The notes under the pieces are model-generated. The model saw only the letters and a list, made by a program, of their open reading frames with translations. It was not told where the DNA came from and did no database searches. A stretch of DNA of 64,000 bases, taken from assembly GCF_009914755.1 (NCBI RefSeq), contig NC_060933.1; one strand, 5' to 3'. The position numbers and the translations under genes were made by a program. Origin of the DNA: the human T2T-CHM13v2.0 reference genome, Homo sapiens. Of the stretch, positions 28,301 through 43,705 are shown one piece after another (within the stretch, counting starts at the first letter, position 1; each line of letters begins with the position of its first letter).

Positions 28301-31300
28301 CTCGGGTTGATTCCATTCCATTCCATTCCATTCCATTCCATTCCATTCCATTCCATTCCATTCCGGATGATTCCATTCCATTGCATTCCGTTCCATTACA
28401 TTCCCCAGCACTCGGGTTGATTCCATTCCATTCCATTCCATTCCATTCGATTCCATTCCATTCCAATTCTTTCCATTCCATTCTATTCCGTACCATTCCA
28501 TTCCATTCCATACAATTCCATTCCATTCCATTCCACTCCGTTCCGTTCCGTTCCGTTCTGTTCCGTTCCATTCCATTCCATTCCATTCTATTCGGTTTAA
28601 TTCCATTCCATTCCATTCCATTCCATTCCATTCCATTCTATTCCTTTCCATTGCAATCGAGTTGAATCCATTGCATTCCATTCCATTCCATTACATTCCA
28701 TTCCATTCCATTCCGGAAGATTCCATTGCATTCCATTCCATTCCATTCCATTCCATTCCATTCCATTCCGTTCCATTCCATTGTACTCGGGTTGATTCCA
28801 TTCCATTGCATTCCATTCCATTCCATTCCGTTCCATTCCATTCCATTACATTCGGATTGATTCTATTCAACTCCCTTACTCTCCATTACATTCCATTCCA
28901 TTCGATTTGTTCCATTCCATTCCATTCCATTCCACTCCATTCCATTGCACTCGGATTGATTCCATTCTATTCCATTCCATTCCATTCCATTCCATTCCAT
29001 TCCGGAAGATTCCATTCCATTTCATTCCATTCCATTCCATTCCCCTGCAGTCGCGTTGATTCCATTCCATTCCATTCTATTCCATTCCATTCCCTTCCTT
29101 TCCGTTCCATTCCATTCCATTCCATTCCGTTCCGTTCCATTCCATTCCATTCCATTCTATTCGGGTTAATTCCATTCCATTCCATTCGATTGCAATCGAG
29201 TTGATTCCATTCCATTCCATTCCATTCCATTCCATTCCATTCCATTTCATTCCATTCCTTTCCATTCCTTTCCATTCCATTAATGATGATTCCATTCCAT
29301 TGCATTCCATTCCATTCCATTCCCCTATACTCGGGTTGATTCCATTCCATTCCATTCCAATCCATGCCATTCCACTCTTGTTGATTCCATTCTTTCCATT
29401 GCATTCAAGTTGAATCTATTCCATTGCATTCCATTCCATTCGATTCCATTCGATTGCACTCGGGTTGATTCCATTCCATTGCATTCCATTCCATTCCATT
29501 CCATTCCATTCCATTCCGTTCTATTCCATTTCATTACATTCAGATTGATTCTATTCAATTCCCTTACACTCCATTATATTCCGATCCATTCAGGTTGTCT
29601 CCATTCCATTCCATTCCATTTCACTCCATTCCATTGCACTCGGGTTGATTCCATTCCATTCCATTCCATTGCATTCCATTCCATTCCATTCCGGATGATT
29701 CCATTCCGTTGCATTCCATTCCATTCCATTCCCCTGCACTCGGGTTGATTCCATTCCATTCCATTCCATTACATTCCGTTCCATTCCATTCCATTCCATT
29801 CGGATTGATTCTATTCAATTCCCTTACAGTCCATTACATTCCATTCCATTCGGGTAGTTTCCACTCCATTCCATTCCATTCCTCTCCATTCCATTGCACT
29901 CGGGTTGATTCCATTCCATTCCATTCCATTCCATTCCATTACATTACATTCCATTTCATTCTGTTCTATTGTACTCGGGTTGATTCCATTCCATTGCATT
30001 CCATTCCATTCCATTCCATTCCATTCCATTCCATTCCGTTCCATTCCATTACATTCGGATTGATTCTATTCAACTCCCTTACTCTCCATTACATTCCATT
30101 CCATTCGGGTTGTTCCATTCCATTCCATTCCATTCCACTCCATTCCATTGCGCTCGGGTTGATTCCATTCCATTCCATTCCATTCCATTCCATTCCATTC
30201 CATTCCATTCCGGATGATTCCATTCCATTGCATTCCGTTCCATTACATTCCCCTGCACTCGGGTTGATTCCATTCCATTCGATTCCATTCCATTCCAGTT
30301 CTTTCCATTCCATTCTATTCCGTACCATTCCATTCCATTCCATACAATTCCATTCCATTCCATTCCACTCCGTTCCGTTCCGTTCTGTTCCGTTCCATTC
30401 CATTCCATTCCATTCTATCCGGTTTAATTCCATTCCATTCCATTCCATTCCATTCCATTCTATTCCATTCCATTGCAATCGAGTTGAATCCATTGCATTC
30501 CATTCCATTCCATTCCATTCCATTCAATTCCGGAAGATTCCATTCCATTGCATTCCATTCCATTCCATTCCATTCCATTCCATTCCATTCCATTCCATTC
30601 CATTGTACTCGGGTTGATTCCATTCCATTGCATTCCATTCCATTCCATTCCATTCCATTCCATTCCGTTCCATTCCATTCCATTACATTCGGATTGATTC
30701 TTTTCAACTCCCTTACTCTCCATTACATTCCATTCCATTCGGGTTGTTCCATTCCATTCCTTTCCATTCCACTCCATTCCATTGCACTCGGGTTGATTCC
30801 ATTCAATTCCATTCCATTCCTTTCCGGATGATTCCATTCCATTGCATTCCGTTCCATTACGTTCCCCTGCACTCGGGTTGATTCCATTCCATTCCTTTCC
30901 ATTCCATTCGAATCCATTCCATTCCCCTGCACTCGCGTTGATTCCATTCCATTCCATTCCATTCCTTTCCGTTCCATTCCATTCCACTCCATTCCATTCC
31001 GTTCCGTTCCATTCCATTCCATTCCATTCTATTCGGGTTAATTCCATTCCATTCCATTCGATTGCAAACGACTTGATTCCATTCCATTCCATTCCATTCC
31101 ATTCCATTCCATTCCATTCCAGTCCTTTCCATTCCTTTCCATTCCATTACTGATGATTCCATTCCATTGCATTCCATTCCATTCCATTCCCCGGTACTCG
31201 GGTTGATTCCATTCCATTCCATTCCAATCCATGCCATTCCACTCGTGTTGATTCCATTCTTTCCTTTCCATTCAAGTTGAATCCATTCCATTGTATTCCA

Positions 31301-34300
31301 TTCCATTTGATTCCATTCGATTGCACTCGGGTTGATTCCATTCCATTGCATTCCATTCCATTCCATTCCATTCCATTCCATTCCCTTCCATTCCACTCTG
31401 GTTGATTCCATTCCTTTCCATTCCACTCGAATACATTCCCTCCTATTCCACTCGGAACGATTCCATTCCATTCCATTCCATTCCATTCCATTCCATTCCA
31501 TTCCATTCCATTTCGTTCCATTCCATTCTATTCCCTATCATTCCATTCCATTCCATTCCATTCCATTCCATTCCATTCCATTCCATTCCATTGTACTCGG
31601 GTTGATTCCATTATATTGCATTCCATTCCATTCCATTCCATTCCATTCCACTCCGTTGCATTGCATTCCATTACATGCGGATTGATTCTATTCAAATCCC
31701 TTACTCTCCATTACATTCCATTCCTTTGGGGTTGTTCCATTCCATTCCATTCCATTCCACTCCATTCCATTGCACTCGGGTTGATTCCATTCCATTCCAT
31801 TCCATTCCATTCCATTCCATTCCGGATGATTCCATTCCACTGCAATCTGTTCCATTAAATTCCCCTGCACTCGCGTTGATTCCATTCCATTCCATTCCAT
31901 TCCATTCAATTCCATTCCATTACAATTCGTTCCATTCCATTCTATTCCGTACCATTCCATTCCATTCCATACCATTCCATTCCATTCCGTTCCATTCCAT
32001 TCCGTTACATTCCGTTCCATTCCATTCCATTCCATTCTATTCGGATTAATTCCATTCCATTCCATTCCATTCCATTGCAATCGAGTTGAATCCATTGCAT
32101 TTCATTCCATTCCATTCCATTCCATTCCATTCCATTCCATTCCATTCCATTCCGTTCCATTCCATTCCTTTACATTCGGATTGATTCTATTCAATTCCCT
32201 TACACTCCATTACATTCCATTCCATTCGGGTAGTTTCCATTCCATTCCATTCCATTCCATTCCTCTCCATTCCATTGCACTCGGGTTGATTCCATTCCAT
32301 TGCATTCCATTCCATTCCATTCAATTCCATTCCGTTCCATTCCATTCCATTACATTCGGATTGATTCTATTCAACTCCCTTACTCTCTGTTACATTCCAT
32401 TCCATTCGGGTTGTTCCATTCCATTCCATTCCATTCCACTCCATTCCATTGCACTCGGGTTGATTCCATTCCATTCCATTAAATTCCATTCCATTCCATT
32501 CCATTCCATTCCGGAAGATTCCATTCCAATGCATTCCATTCCATTCCATTCCCCTGCACTCGCGTTGATTCCATTCCATTCCATTACATTCCATTCCGTT
32601 CCGTTCCATTCCATTCTATTCCATTCCATTCCATTCCGTTCCGTTCCATTCCATTCCATTCCATTCTATTCGGGTTAATTCCATTCCATTCCATTCGATT
32701 GTCATCGAGTTGATTCCATTCCATTCCATTCCATTCCATTCCATTCCATTCCTTTCCATTCCATTACGGATGACTCCATTCCATTGCTTTCCATTCCATT
32801 CCATTCCCCTGTACTCGGGTTGATTCCATTCCATTCCATTCCACTCCATTCGGTTCCGTTGCATTCCATTCTATTGCATTCCATTCTATTCGGGTTAATT
32901 CCATTCCATTCTATTCCATTCCATTCCATTCCATTCCATTGCAATGGAGTTTATTCCATTCCATTCCATTCCATTCCGGATGATTCAATTCCATTGCATT
33001 CCATTGCATTCCATTCCCCTGCACTCGTGTTGATTCCATTCCCTTCCATTCCATTCCATTCCGTTCCATTCCATTCCATTCCATTCTATTCCGGTTAATT
33101 CCATTCCATTCCATTCCATTCCATTCCATTCCATTCCATTGCAATCGAGTTGATTCCATTCCATTCCTTTCCATTCCATTCCATTGCCTTGCATTCCACT
33201 CGGGTTGATTCCATTCCCTTCTTTCCACTCCATTACATTCCCTTCCATTCCACTCGGAATGATTGATTCCATTCCATTCCATTCCATTTCATTCCATTGC
33301 AATCCATTCCAATCCATTCCATTCCATTCCATTCCACTCGAGTTGACTTCATTCCATTCCTTTCCATTCCATTCCATTCCTTTCCACTCGAGTTGATTCC
33401 ATTCCATTCCAATCCATTGCAATCCTTTCCATGCCATTCCACTCGGGTTGATTCCATTCCTTTGCATTCCATTCAATTCCATTCCATTGCATTCCATTCC
33501 ATTCCATTCCGTTGCATTCCATTCCATTACATTCGGATTGATTCTATTCAACTCCCTTACTCTCCATTACATTCCATTCCATTCGGGTTGTTCCATTCCA
33601 TTCCATTCCATTCGACTCCATTCCATTGCACTCGGGTTGATTCCATTCCATTCCATTCCATTCCATTCCATTCCATTCCGGATGATTCCATTCCATTGCA
33701 TTCCGTTCCATTACATTCCCCTGCACTCGGGTTGATACCATTCCATTCCATTCCATTCAATTCCATTGCATTCCATTCCAGGTGATTCCATTCCATTGCA
33801 TTCCATTCCATTCCATTCCCCTGCACTCGGGTTGATTCCATTCCATTCCATTCCATTTCATTCCATTCCGTTCCATTCCATTCCATTCCATTCTATTCTG
33901 GTTAATTCCATTCCATTCCTTTCGATTCCATTCCATTCCATTCCATTCCATTGCAATCGAGTTGATTCCATTCCATTCCATTCCATTCCGTTCCGGATGA
34001 TTCCATTCCATTCCATTCCATTCCATTCCCCTGCACTTGGGTTGATTCCATTCCATTCCATTCCATTCCATTCCATTCCATTCCATTCCATTCCATTCCA
34101 TTCCATTCCGTTCCATTCCATTCCATTCCATTCTATTCGGGTTAATTCCATTCCATTCCATTCCATTCCATTCCAATCGAGTTGATTCCATTCCATTCCA
34201 TTCCATTCCATTCCACTCCATTCCAGTCCTTTCCATTCCATTACACTCGGGTTGATTCCATTCTATTCCTTTCCATTCCATTCCATTCCATTGCAATCGA

Positions 34301-37300
34301 GTTGATTCCATTGCTTTGCATTCCATTCCATTCCATTCCATTCCGGATGATTCCATTCCATTGCATTCCTTTCCATTCCATTCCCTTGCACTCGGGTTGA
34401 TTCCATTCCATTCCACTCCATTCCGTTTCATTCCATTTCATTCCGTTCCATTGTATTCGGGTTAATTCCATTCCATTCCATTCCATTCCATTCCATTCCA
34501 TTCCATTCCAATCGAGTTGATTCCATTCCATTCCATTCCATTCCATTCCATTTCATTCCATTCCAGTCCTTTCCATTCCATTCCACTCGGGTTGATTCCA
34601 TTCTATTCATTTCCATTCCATTCCATTCCATTGCAATCGACTTGATTCCATTGTTTTGCATTCCATTCCTTTCCATTCCATTCCGGATGATTCCATTCCA
34701 TTGCATTCCGTTAAATTACATTCCCCTGCACTCGGGTTGATACCATTCCATTCCATTCCATTCCATTCCATTCCGGATGATTCCATTCCATTGCATTCCA
34801 TTCCATTCCATTCCCCTGCACTCGGGTTGATTACATTCCATTTCCTTCCTTCCATTCCTTTCCATTCCATTCCATTCCATTCTATTCGGGTGAATTCCAT
34901 TCCATTCCATTCCATTCCATTCCATTCCATTCCATTCCGTTCCGTTCCATTCCAGTCCATTCCATTCTATTAGGGTTAATTCCTTTCCATTCCATTCGAT
35001 TGCAATCGTGTTGATTCCATTCCATTCCATTCCGTTCCATCCCATTCCATTCCATTCCTTTCCATTCCATTACGGATGATTCCATTCCATTGCATTCCAT
35101 TCCATACCATTCCCCTGTACTCGGGTTGATTCCATTCCATTGCATTCCAATCCATGCCCTTGCACTCGTGTTGATTCCATTCTTTCCATTCCATTCAAGT
35201 TGAATCCATTCCATTGCATTCCATTCCATTCGATTCCATTCGATTGCACTCGGGTTGATTCCATTCCATTGCATTCCATTCCATTCCATTCCATTCCATT
35301 CCATTCCAATCCATTCCGTTCCATTCCATTCCATTACATTCGGATTGATTCTATTCAATTCCCTTACACTCCATTACATTCCATTCCATTCAGGTAGTTT
35401 CCATTCCATTCCATTCCATTCCTCTCCATTCCATTGCACTCGGGTTGATTCCATTCCATTGCATTCCATTCCATTCCATTCAATTCCATTCCGTTCCATT
35501 CCATTCCATTACATTCGGATTGATTCTATTCAACTCCCTTACTCTAAATTACATTCCATTCCATTCGGGTTGTTCCATTCCATTCCATTCCATTCCACTC
35601 CATTCCATTGCACTCGGGTTTATTCCATTCCATTCCATTCCATTCCATTCCATTCCATTCCGGAAAATTCCATTCCATTGCATTCCATTCCATTCCATTC
35701 CCCTGCACTCGCGTTGATTCCATTCCATTCCATTCCATTCCATTCCATTCCATTCCTTTACGTTCCATTCCATTCCGTTCCATTCCGTTCCATTCCATTC
35801 CATTCCACTCGTGTTTATTCCATTCCTTTCCATTCCATTCGGTTTGAAAGCATTCCATTCCATTCCATTCCATTCCATTCCATTCCATTCCATTCCATTC
35901 CATTCCATTGTACTCGGGTTGATTCCATTCCATTGCATTCCATTCCATTCCATTCCATTCCATTCCTTTGCATTCCATTCCATTACATTCGGATTGATTC
36001 TTTTCAACTCCCTTACTCTCCATTACATTCCATTCCATTCGGGTTGTTCCATTCCATTCCATTCCATTCCACTCCATTCCATTGCACTAGGGTTGATTCC
36101 ATTCCATTCCATTCCATTCCATTCCGGATGATTCCATTCCATTGCATTCCGTTCCATTACATTCCCCTGCACTCGCGTTGATTCCATTCCATTCCATTCA
36201 ATTCCATTCCATTACAATTCGTTCCATTCCATTCTATTCCGTACCATTCCATTCCATTCCATACCATTCCATTCCATTCCATTCCATTCCATTCCGTTCC
36301 ATTCCGTTCCATTGCATTCCATTCCATTCTATTCGGGTTAATTCCATTCCATTCCATTCCATTCCATTCTATTCCATTCCATTGCAATCGAGTTGAATCC
36401 ATTGCATTTCATTTCATTCCATTCCATTCCATTCCATTCCACTCGAGTTGATTTCATTCCATTCCTTTCCATTCCATTCCATTCCTTTCCACTCGAGTTG
36501 ATTCCATTCCATTCCATTCCATTGCATTCCATTCCATGCCATTCCACTCGGGTTGATTCCATTCCATTCCATTCCATTCCATTCCATTCCATTCCATTCC
36601 ATTCCATTGCATTCCATTCCATTCCTTTCCCCTACACTCGGGTTGATTCCATTCCATTCCATTCCATTTAATTCCATTCCATTCCATTCCATTCCATTCC
36701 AATCCGTTCCATTCCATTCCATTCTATTCCATTGCATTCGACTTGATTCCATTCCATTCCATTCCATTACATTCCATTCCATTACATTCCATTCCATTTT
36801 GTTCCAATCCATTCTATTCCGAACCATTCCTTTCCATTCAATTCCATTCCATTCCTTTCCATTCCATGCCATTCCACTCGGGTTGATTCCATTCCTTTCC
36901 ATTCCATTCGGGTTGAATCCAATCTACTCCATTCCATTCCATTCGAATCCATTCAATTGCACTCGGGTTGATTCCATTCCATTCCATTCCATTCGATTCG
37001 ATTCCATTCCATTCCATTCCGTTCAATTCCATTTCATTACATTCAGATTGATTCTATTCAATTCCCTTACAGTCCATTATATTCCAATCCATTCTGGTTG
37101 TTTCCATTCCATTCCATTCCATTTCACTCCATTCCATTGCACTCGGTTTGTTTCCATTCCATTCCATTCCATTCCATTCCGGATGATTCCATTCCATTGC
37201 ATTCCATTCCATTCCATTCCCCTGCAGTCAGGTTGATTCCATTGCATTCCATTCCACTCCATTCGGTTCCGTTCCATTCCATTCTATTGCATTCCATTCT

Positions 37301-38340
37301 ATTCGTGTTAATTCCATTCCATTCTATTCCATTCCATTCCATTCCATTCCATTGCAATGGAGTTGATTCCATTCCATTCCATTCCATTCCGGATGATTCC
37401 ATTCCATTGCATTCCATTCCATTCCATTCCCCTGCACTCGTGTTGATTCCATTACCTTCCATTCCATTCCATTCTGTTCCATTCCATTGCATTCCATTCT
37501 ATTCCGGTTAATTCCATTCAATTCCATTCCATTCCATTCCATTCCATTGCAATCGAGTTGATTCAATTCCATTCCTTTCCATTCCATTCCATTGCCTTGC
37601 ATTCCAATCGGGTTGATTCCATTCCCTTCTTTCCACTCCATTACATTCCCTTCCATTCCACTCGGAATGATTGATTCCATTCCATTCCATTCCATTTCAT
37701 TCCGTTGCAATCCATTCCAATCTATTCCATTCCATTCCATTTCACTCGAGTTGATTTCATTCCATTCCTTTCCATTCCATTCCATTCCTTTCCACTCGAG
37801 TTGATTCCATTCCATTCCATTCCATTGCATTCTATTCCATGCCATTCCACTCGGGTTGATTCCATTCCTTTGCATTCCATTCTATTCCATTCCATTCCAT
37901 TCCATTCCATTCCATTCCATTCCGTTGCATTCCATTCCATTACATTCGGATTGATTCTATTCAACTCCCTTACTCTCCATTACATTCCATTCCATTCGGG
38001 TTGTTCCATTCCGTTCCATTCCATTCCACTCCATTCCATTGCACTCGGGTTGATTCCATTCCATTCCATTCCATTCCATTCCATTCCGGATGATTCCATT
38101 CCATTGCATTCCGTTCTATTACATTCCCCTGCACTCGTGTTGATTCCATTCCATTCCATTCCATTCCATTCAATTCCATTCCATTACAATTCGTTCCATT
38201 CCATTCTATTCCGTACCATTCCATTCCATTCCATACCATTCCATTCCATTCCATTCCATTCCGTTCCATTCCGTTCCATTCCATTCCATTCCATTCTATT
38301 CTGGTTTATTCCATTCCATTCCATTCCATTCCATTCTATT

Positions 38341-41300
38341 CCATTCCATTGCAATCGAGTTGAATCCGTTGCATTTCATTCCATTCCATTCCATTCCATT
38401 CCATTCCGGAAGATTCCATTCCATTGCATTCCATTCCATTCCATTCCCCTGCACTCGCGTTGATTCCATTCCATTCCATTCCATTCCATTCCATTCCATT
38501 CCGTTCCATTCCGTTCCATTCCGTTCCATTCCATTCCATTCCATTCCATTCCGTTCCGTTCCGTTCCATTCCATTCCATTCCATTCTATTCGGGTTAATT
38601 CCATTCCATTGCATTCGATTGCAATCGTGTTGATTCCATTCCATTCCATTCCATTCCATTGCATTCCATTCCATTCCTTTCCATTCCATTACGGATGATT
38701 CCATTCCATTGCATTCCATTCCATTCCATTCCCCTGTACTCGGGTTGATTCCATTCCATTGCATTCCAATCCATGCCCTTCCACTCGTGTTGATTCCATT
38801 CTTTGCATTCCATTCAAGTTGAATCCATTCCATTGCATTCCATTCCATTCGATTCCATTCGGTTGCACTCGGGTTGATTCCATTCCATTGCATTCCATTC
38901 CATTCCATTCCATTCCATTCCATTCCATTCCGTTCCTTTCCATTCCATTACATTCGGATTGATTCTATTCAATTCCCTTACACTCCATTACATTCCATTC
39001 CATTCGGGTAGTTTCCATTCCATTCCTCTCCATTCCATTGCACTCGGGTTGATTCCATTCCATTGCATTCCATTCCATTCCATTCAATTGCATTCCGTTC
39101 CATTCCATTCCATTACATTCGGATTGATTCTATTCAACTCCCTTAGTCTCCATTACATTCCATTCCATTCGGGTTGTTCCATTCCATTCCATTCCATTCC
39201 ACTCCATTCCATTACACTCGGGTTTATTCCATTCCATTCCATTCAATTCCATTCCATTCCGGAAGATTCCATTCCATAGCATTCCATTCCATTCCATTCC
39301 CCTGAACTCGCGTTGATTCCATTCCATTCCATTCCATTCCGTTCCATTCCATTCCATTCTATTCCTTTCCATTCCTGTCTTTTCCATTCCATTCCACTCG
39401 GGTTGATTCCATTCTATTAGTTTCCATTCCATTCCATTCCCTTCCATTCCACTCTGGTTGATTCCATTCCTTTCCATTCCACTCGAATACATTCCCTCCT
39501 ATTCCACTCGGAACGATTCCATTCCATTCCATTCCATTCCATTCCATTCCATTCCATTTCGTTCCATTCCATTCTATTCCGTATCGTTCCATTCCATTCC
39601 ATTCCATTCCATTCCATTCCATTCCACTCGTGTTGATTCCATTCCTTTCCATTCCATTCGGTTTGAAGGCATTCCATTCCATTCCATTCCATTCCATTCC
39701 ATTGTACTCCGGTTGATTCCATTCCATTGCATTCCATTCCATTCCATTCCATTCCGTTGCATTCCATTCCATTACTTTCGGATTGATTCTATTAAACTCC
39801 CTTACTCTCCATTACATTCCATTCCATTTGTGTTGTTCCATTCCATTCCATTCCATTCCACTCCATTCCATTGCACTCGGGTTGATTCCATTCCATTCCA
39901 TTCCATGCCATTCCATTCCATTCCATTCCGGATGATTCCATTCCATTGCATTCCGTTCCATTACATTCCCCTGCACTCGCGTTGATTCCATTCCATTCCA
40001 TTCCATTCCATTCAATTCCATTCCATTACAATTCGTTCCATTCCATTCTATTCCGTACCATTCCATTCCATTCCATACCATTCCATTCCATTCCATTCCA
40101 TTCCATTCCGTTCCATTCCGTTCCATTCCATTCCATTCCATTCTATTCGGGTCCATTCCATTCCATTCCATTCCATTCCATTCCATTCCATTCCATTCCC
40201 GAAGATTCCATTCCATTGCATTCTTTTCCATTCCATTCCCCTGCACTCGCGTTGATTCCATTCCATTCCATTCCATTCCATCCATTCCGTTCCGTTCCGT
40301 TCCATTCCATTCCATTCCATTCCATTCCATTCCATTCCATTCCGTTCCATTCCATTCCATTCCATTCTATTCGGGTTAATTCCATTCCATTCCATTCGAT
40401 TGCAATCGAGTTGATTCCATTCCATTCCATTCCATTCCATTCCATTCCATTCCATTCCATTCCATTCCTTTCCATTCCATTACGGATGATTCCATTCCAT
40501 TGCATTCCATTCCATTCCATTCCCCTGTACTCGGGTTGATCCATTCCATTCCATTCCAATCCATGCCATTCCACTCGTGTTGATTCCATTCTTTCCATTC
40601 CATTCAAGTTGAATCCATTCCATTGCATTCCATTCCATTCCATTCCATTCATCTGCAGTCGGGTTGATTCAATTCCATTCCATTCCATTCCATTCCATTC
40701 CGTTCCGTTCCGTTCCATTCCATTCCATTCCTCTCTATTCGGGTTAATTCCATTCCATTCCATTCGATTGCAATCGAGTTGATTCCATTCCATTGCATTC
40801 CATTCCATTCCATTCCTTTCCATTCCATTACGGATGATTCCTTTCCATTGCATTCCATTCCATTCCATTCCACTGCACTCGGCTTGATTGCATTCCATTC
40901 TATTCCAATCTATGCCATTCCACTCTTGTTGATTCCATTCTTTGCATTCCATTGAAGTTGAATCCATTCCATTGCATTCCATTCCATTCGATTCCATTCG
41001 ATTGCACTCGGATTGATTCCATTCCATTGCATTCCATTCCATTCCATTCCATTCCATTCGGATTGATTCTATTCAATTCCCTTACACTCCAATACATTCC
41101 ATTCCATTCGGGTAGTTTCCATTCCATTCCATTCCATTCCTCTCCATTCCATTGAACTCGGGTTGATTCCATTCCATTCCATTCCATTCCATTCCATTAC
41201 ATTACATTCCATTCCATTCCGTTCCATTGTACTCGGGTTGATTCCATTCCATTGCATTCCATTCCATTCCATTCCATTCCATTCCATTCCATTCCGTTCC

Positions 41301-42990
41301 ATTCCATTCCATTACATTCGGATTGATTCTTTTCAACTCCCTTACTCTCCATTACATTCCATTACATTCGTGTTGTTCCATTCCATTCCATTCCATTCCA
41401 CTCCATTCCATTGCACTCGGGTTGATTCCATTCCATTCCATTCCATTCCGGATGATTCCATTCCATTGCATTCCGTTCCATTGCATTCCCCTGCACTCGG
41501 GTTGATTCCATTCCATTCCATTCCATTCCATTCGATTCCATTCCATTCCCCTGCACTCGCGTTGATTCCATTCCATTCCATTCCATTCCATTCCATTCCA
41601 TTCCATTCCTTTCCATTCCAGTCCTTTCCATTCCATTCCACTCGGGTTGATTCCATTCTATTAGTTTCCATTCCATTCCATTCGCTTCCATTCCACTCTG
41701 GTTGATTCCATTCCTTTCCATTCCACTCGAATACATTCCCTCCTATTCCACTCGGAACGATTCCATTCCATTGCATTCCATTCCATTCCATTCCATTTCG
41801 TCGCATTCCATTCTATTCCGTATCATTCCATTCCATTCCATTCCATTCCATTCCATTCCATTCCACTCGTGTTGATTCCATTCCTTTCCATTCCATTCGG
41901 TTTAAAGGCATTCCATTCCATTCCATTCCATTCCATTCCATTCCATTCTATTCGGGTTAATTCCATTCCATTCCATTCGATTGCAATCGAGTTGATTCCA
42001 TTCCATTCCATTCCATTCCATTCCATTCCTTTCCATTCCATTACGGATGATTCGACTCCATTGCATTCCATTCCATTCCATTCCCCTGTACTCGGGTTGA
42101 TTCCATTCCATTCCATTCCAATCCATGCCATTCCACTCGTGTTGATTCCATTCTTTCCATTCCATTCAAGTTGAATCCATTCCATTGCATTCCATTCCAT
42201 TCCATTCCCCTGCAGTCTGGTTGATTCTATTCCATTCCATTCCATTCCATTCCATTCCATTCCGTTCCGTTCCGTTCCATTCCATTCCATTCCAATCTAT
42301 TCGGGTTAATTCCATTCCATTCCATTCCATTCCATTCCATTCCATTCCAATCGAGTTGATTCCATTCCATTCCATTCCATTCCATTCCACTCCATTCCAG
42401 TCCTTTCCATTCCATTCCACTCGGGTTGATTCCAATGTATTCCTTTCCATTCCATTCCATTCCATTGCAATCGAGTTGATTCCATTGCTTTGCATTCCAT
42501 TCCATTCCATTCCATTCCGGATGACTCCATTCCATTGCATTCCATTCCATTGCATTCCCCTGCACTCGGGTTGATTCCATTCCATTCCACTCCATTCCGT
42601 TGCATTCCATTCCATTCCATTGTATTCGGGTTAATTCCATTCCATTCCATTCCATTCCATTCCATTCCATTCCATTACAATCGAGTTGATTCCATTCCAT
42701 TCCATTCCATTCCAGTCCTTTCCATTCCATTCCACTCGGGTTGATTACATTCTATTAGCTTCCATTCCATTCCGTTCCCTTCCATTCCACTCTGGTTGAT
42801 TCCATTCCATTCCATTCCACTCGAATACATTCCCTCCTATTCCACTCGGAACGATTCCATTCCATTCCATTCCATTCCATTCCATTCCATTCCATTCCAT
42901 TCCATTCCATTCCATTCCATTTCGTTCCATTACATTCTATTCCGTATCATTCCATTCCATTCCATTCCATTCCATTCCATTCCATTCCAC
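38341..42990 (+). repeat. Copy A of a large duplication (matches 55241-56580 and 59304-64000)
   Basis: Private variants shared: TGAATCCGTTGC, CTTTGCATTCCATTCAAG, CCTTAGTCTCC, CCATAGCATT, CCTGAACTCGC, TTACTTTCGG, CGGGTCCATT, TCATCTGCAG, TTCGTCGCATT, ATTAGCTTCC. ORF offsets 16896 and 20959-21044. Confidence 0.92.
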
Positions 42991-43610
42991 TCGTGTTGAT
43001 TCCATTCCTTTCCATTCCATTCGCTTTGAAGGCATTCCATTCCATTCCATTCCATTCCATTCCATTCCATTCCATTCCATTCCATTGTACTCGGGTTGAT
43101 TCCATTCCATTGCATTCCATCCCATTCCATTCCATTCCAATCCGTTGCATTCCATTCCATTACATTCGGATTGATTCTATTCAACTCCCTTACTCTCCAT
43201 TACATTCCATTCCATTCGGGTTGTTCCATTCCATTCCATTCCATTCCACTCCATTCCATTGCACTCGGGTTGATTCCATTCCTTTCCATTCCATTCCATT
43301 CCATTCCGGATGATTCCATTCCATTGCATTCCGTTCCATTACATTCCCCTGCACTCGCGTTGATTCCATTCCATTCCATTCCATTCCATTCCATTCAATT
43401 CCATTCCATTAGAATTCGTTCAATTCCATTCTATTCTGTACCATTCCATTCCATTCCATACCATTCCATTCTATTCCATTCCATTCCATTCCATTCCATT
43501 TCGTTCCATTCCGTTCCATTCCATTCCATTCCATTCTATTCGGGTTAATTCCATTCCATTCCATTCCATTCCATTCCATTCCATTCCATTCCATTCCAAT
43601 CTATTCCATT

Positions 43611-43705
43611 CCATTGCAATCGAGTTGAATCCATTGCATTTCATTCCATTCCATTCCATTGCAATCGAGTTGAATCCATTGCATTTCATTCCATTCCATT
43701 CCATT
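43611..43705 (+). repeat. 45-bp tandem duplication
   Basis: GCAATCGAGTTGAATCCATTGCATTTCATT at 43616 and 43661. Confidence 0.85.
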
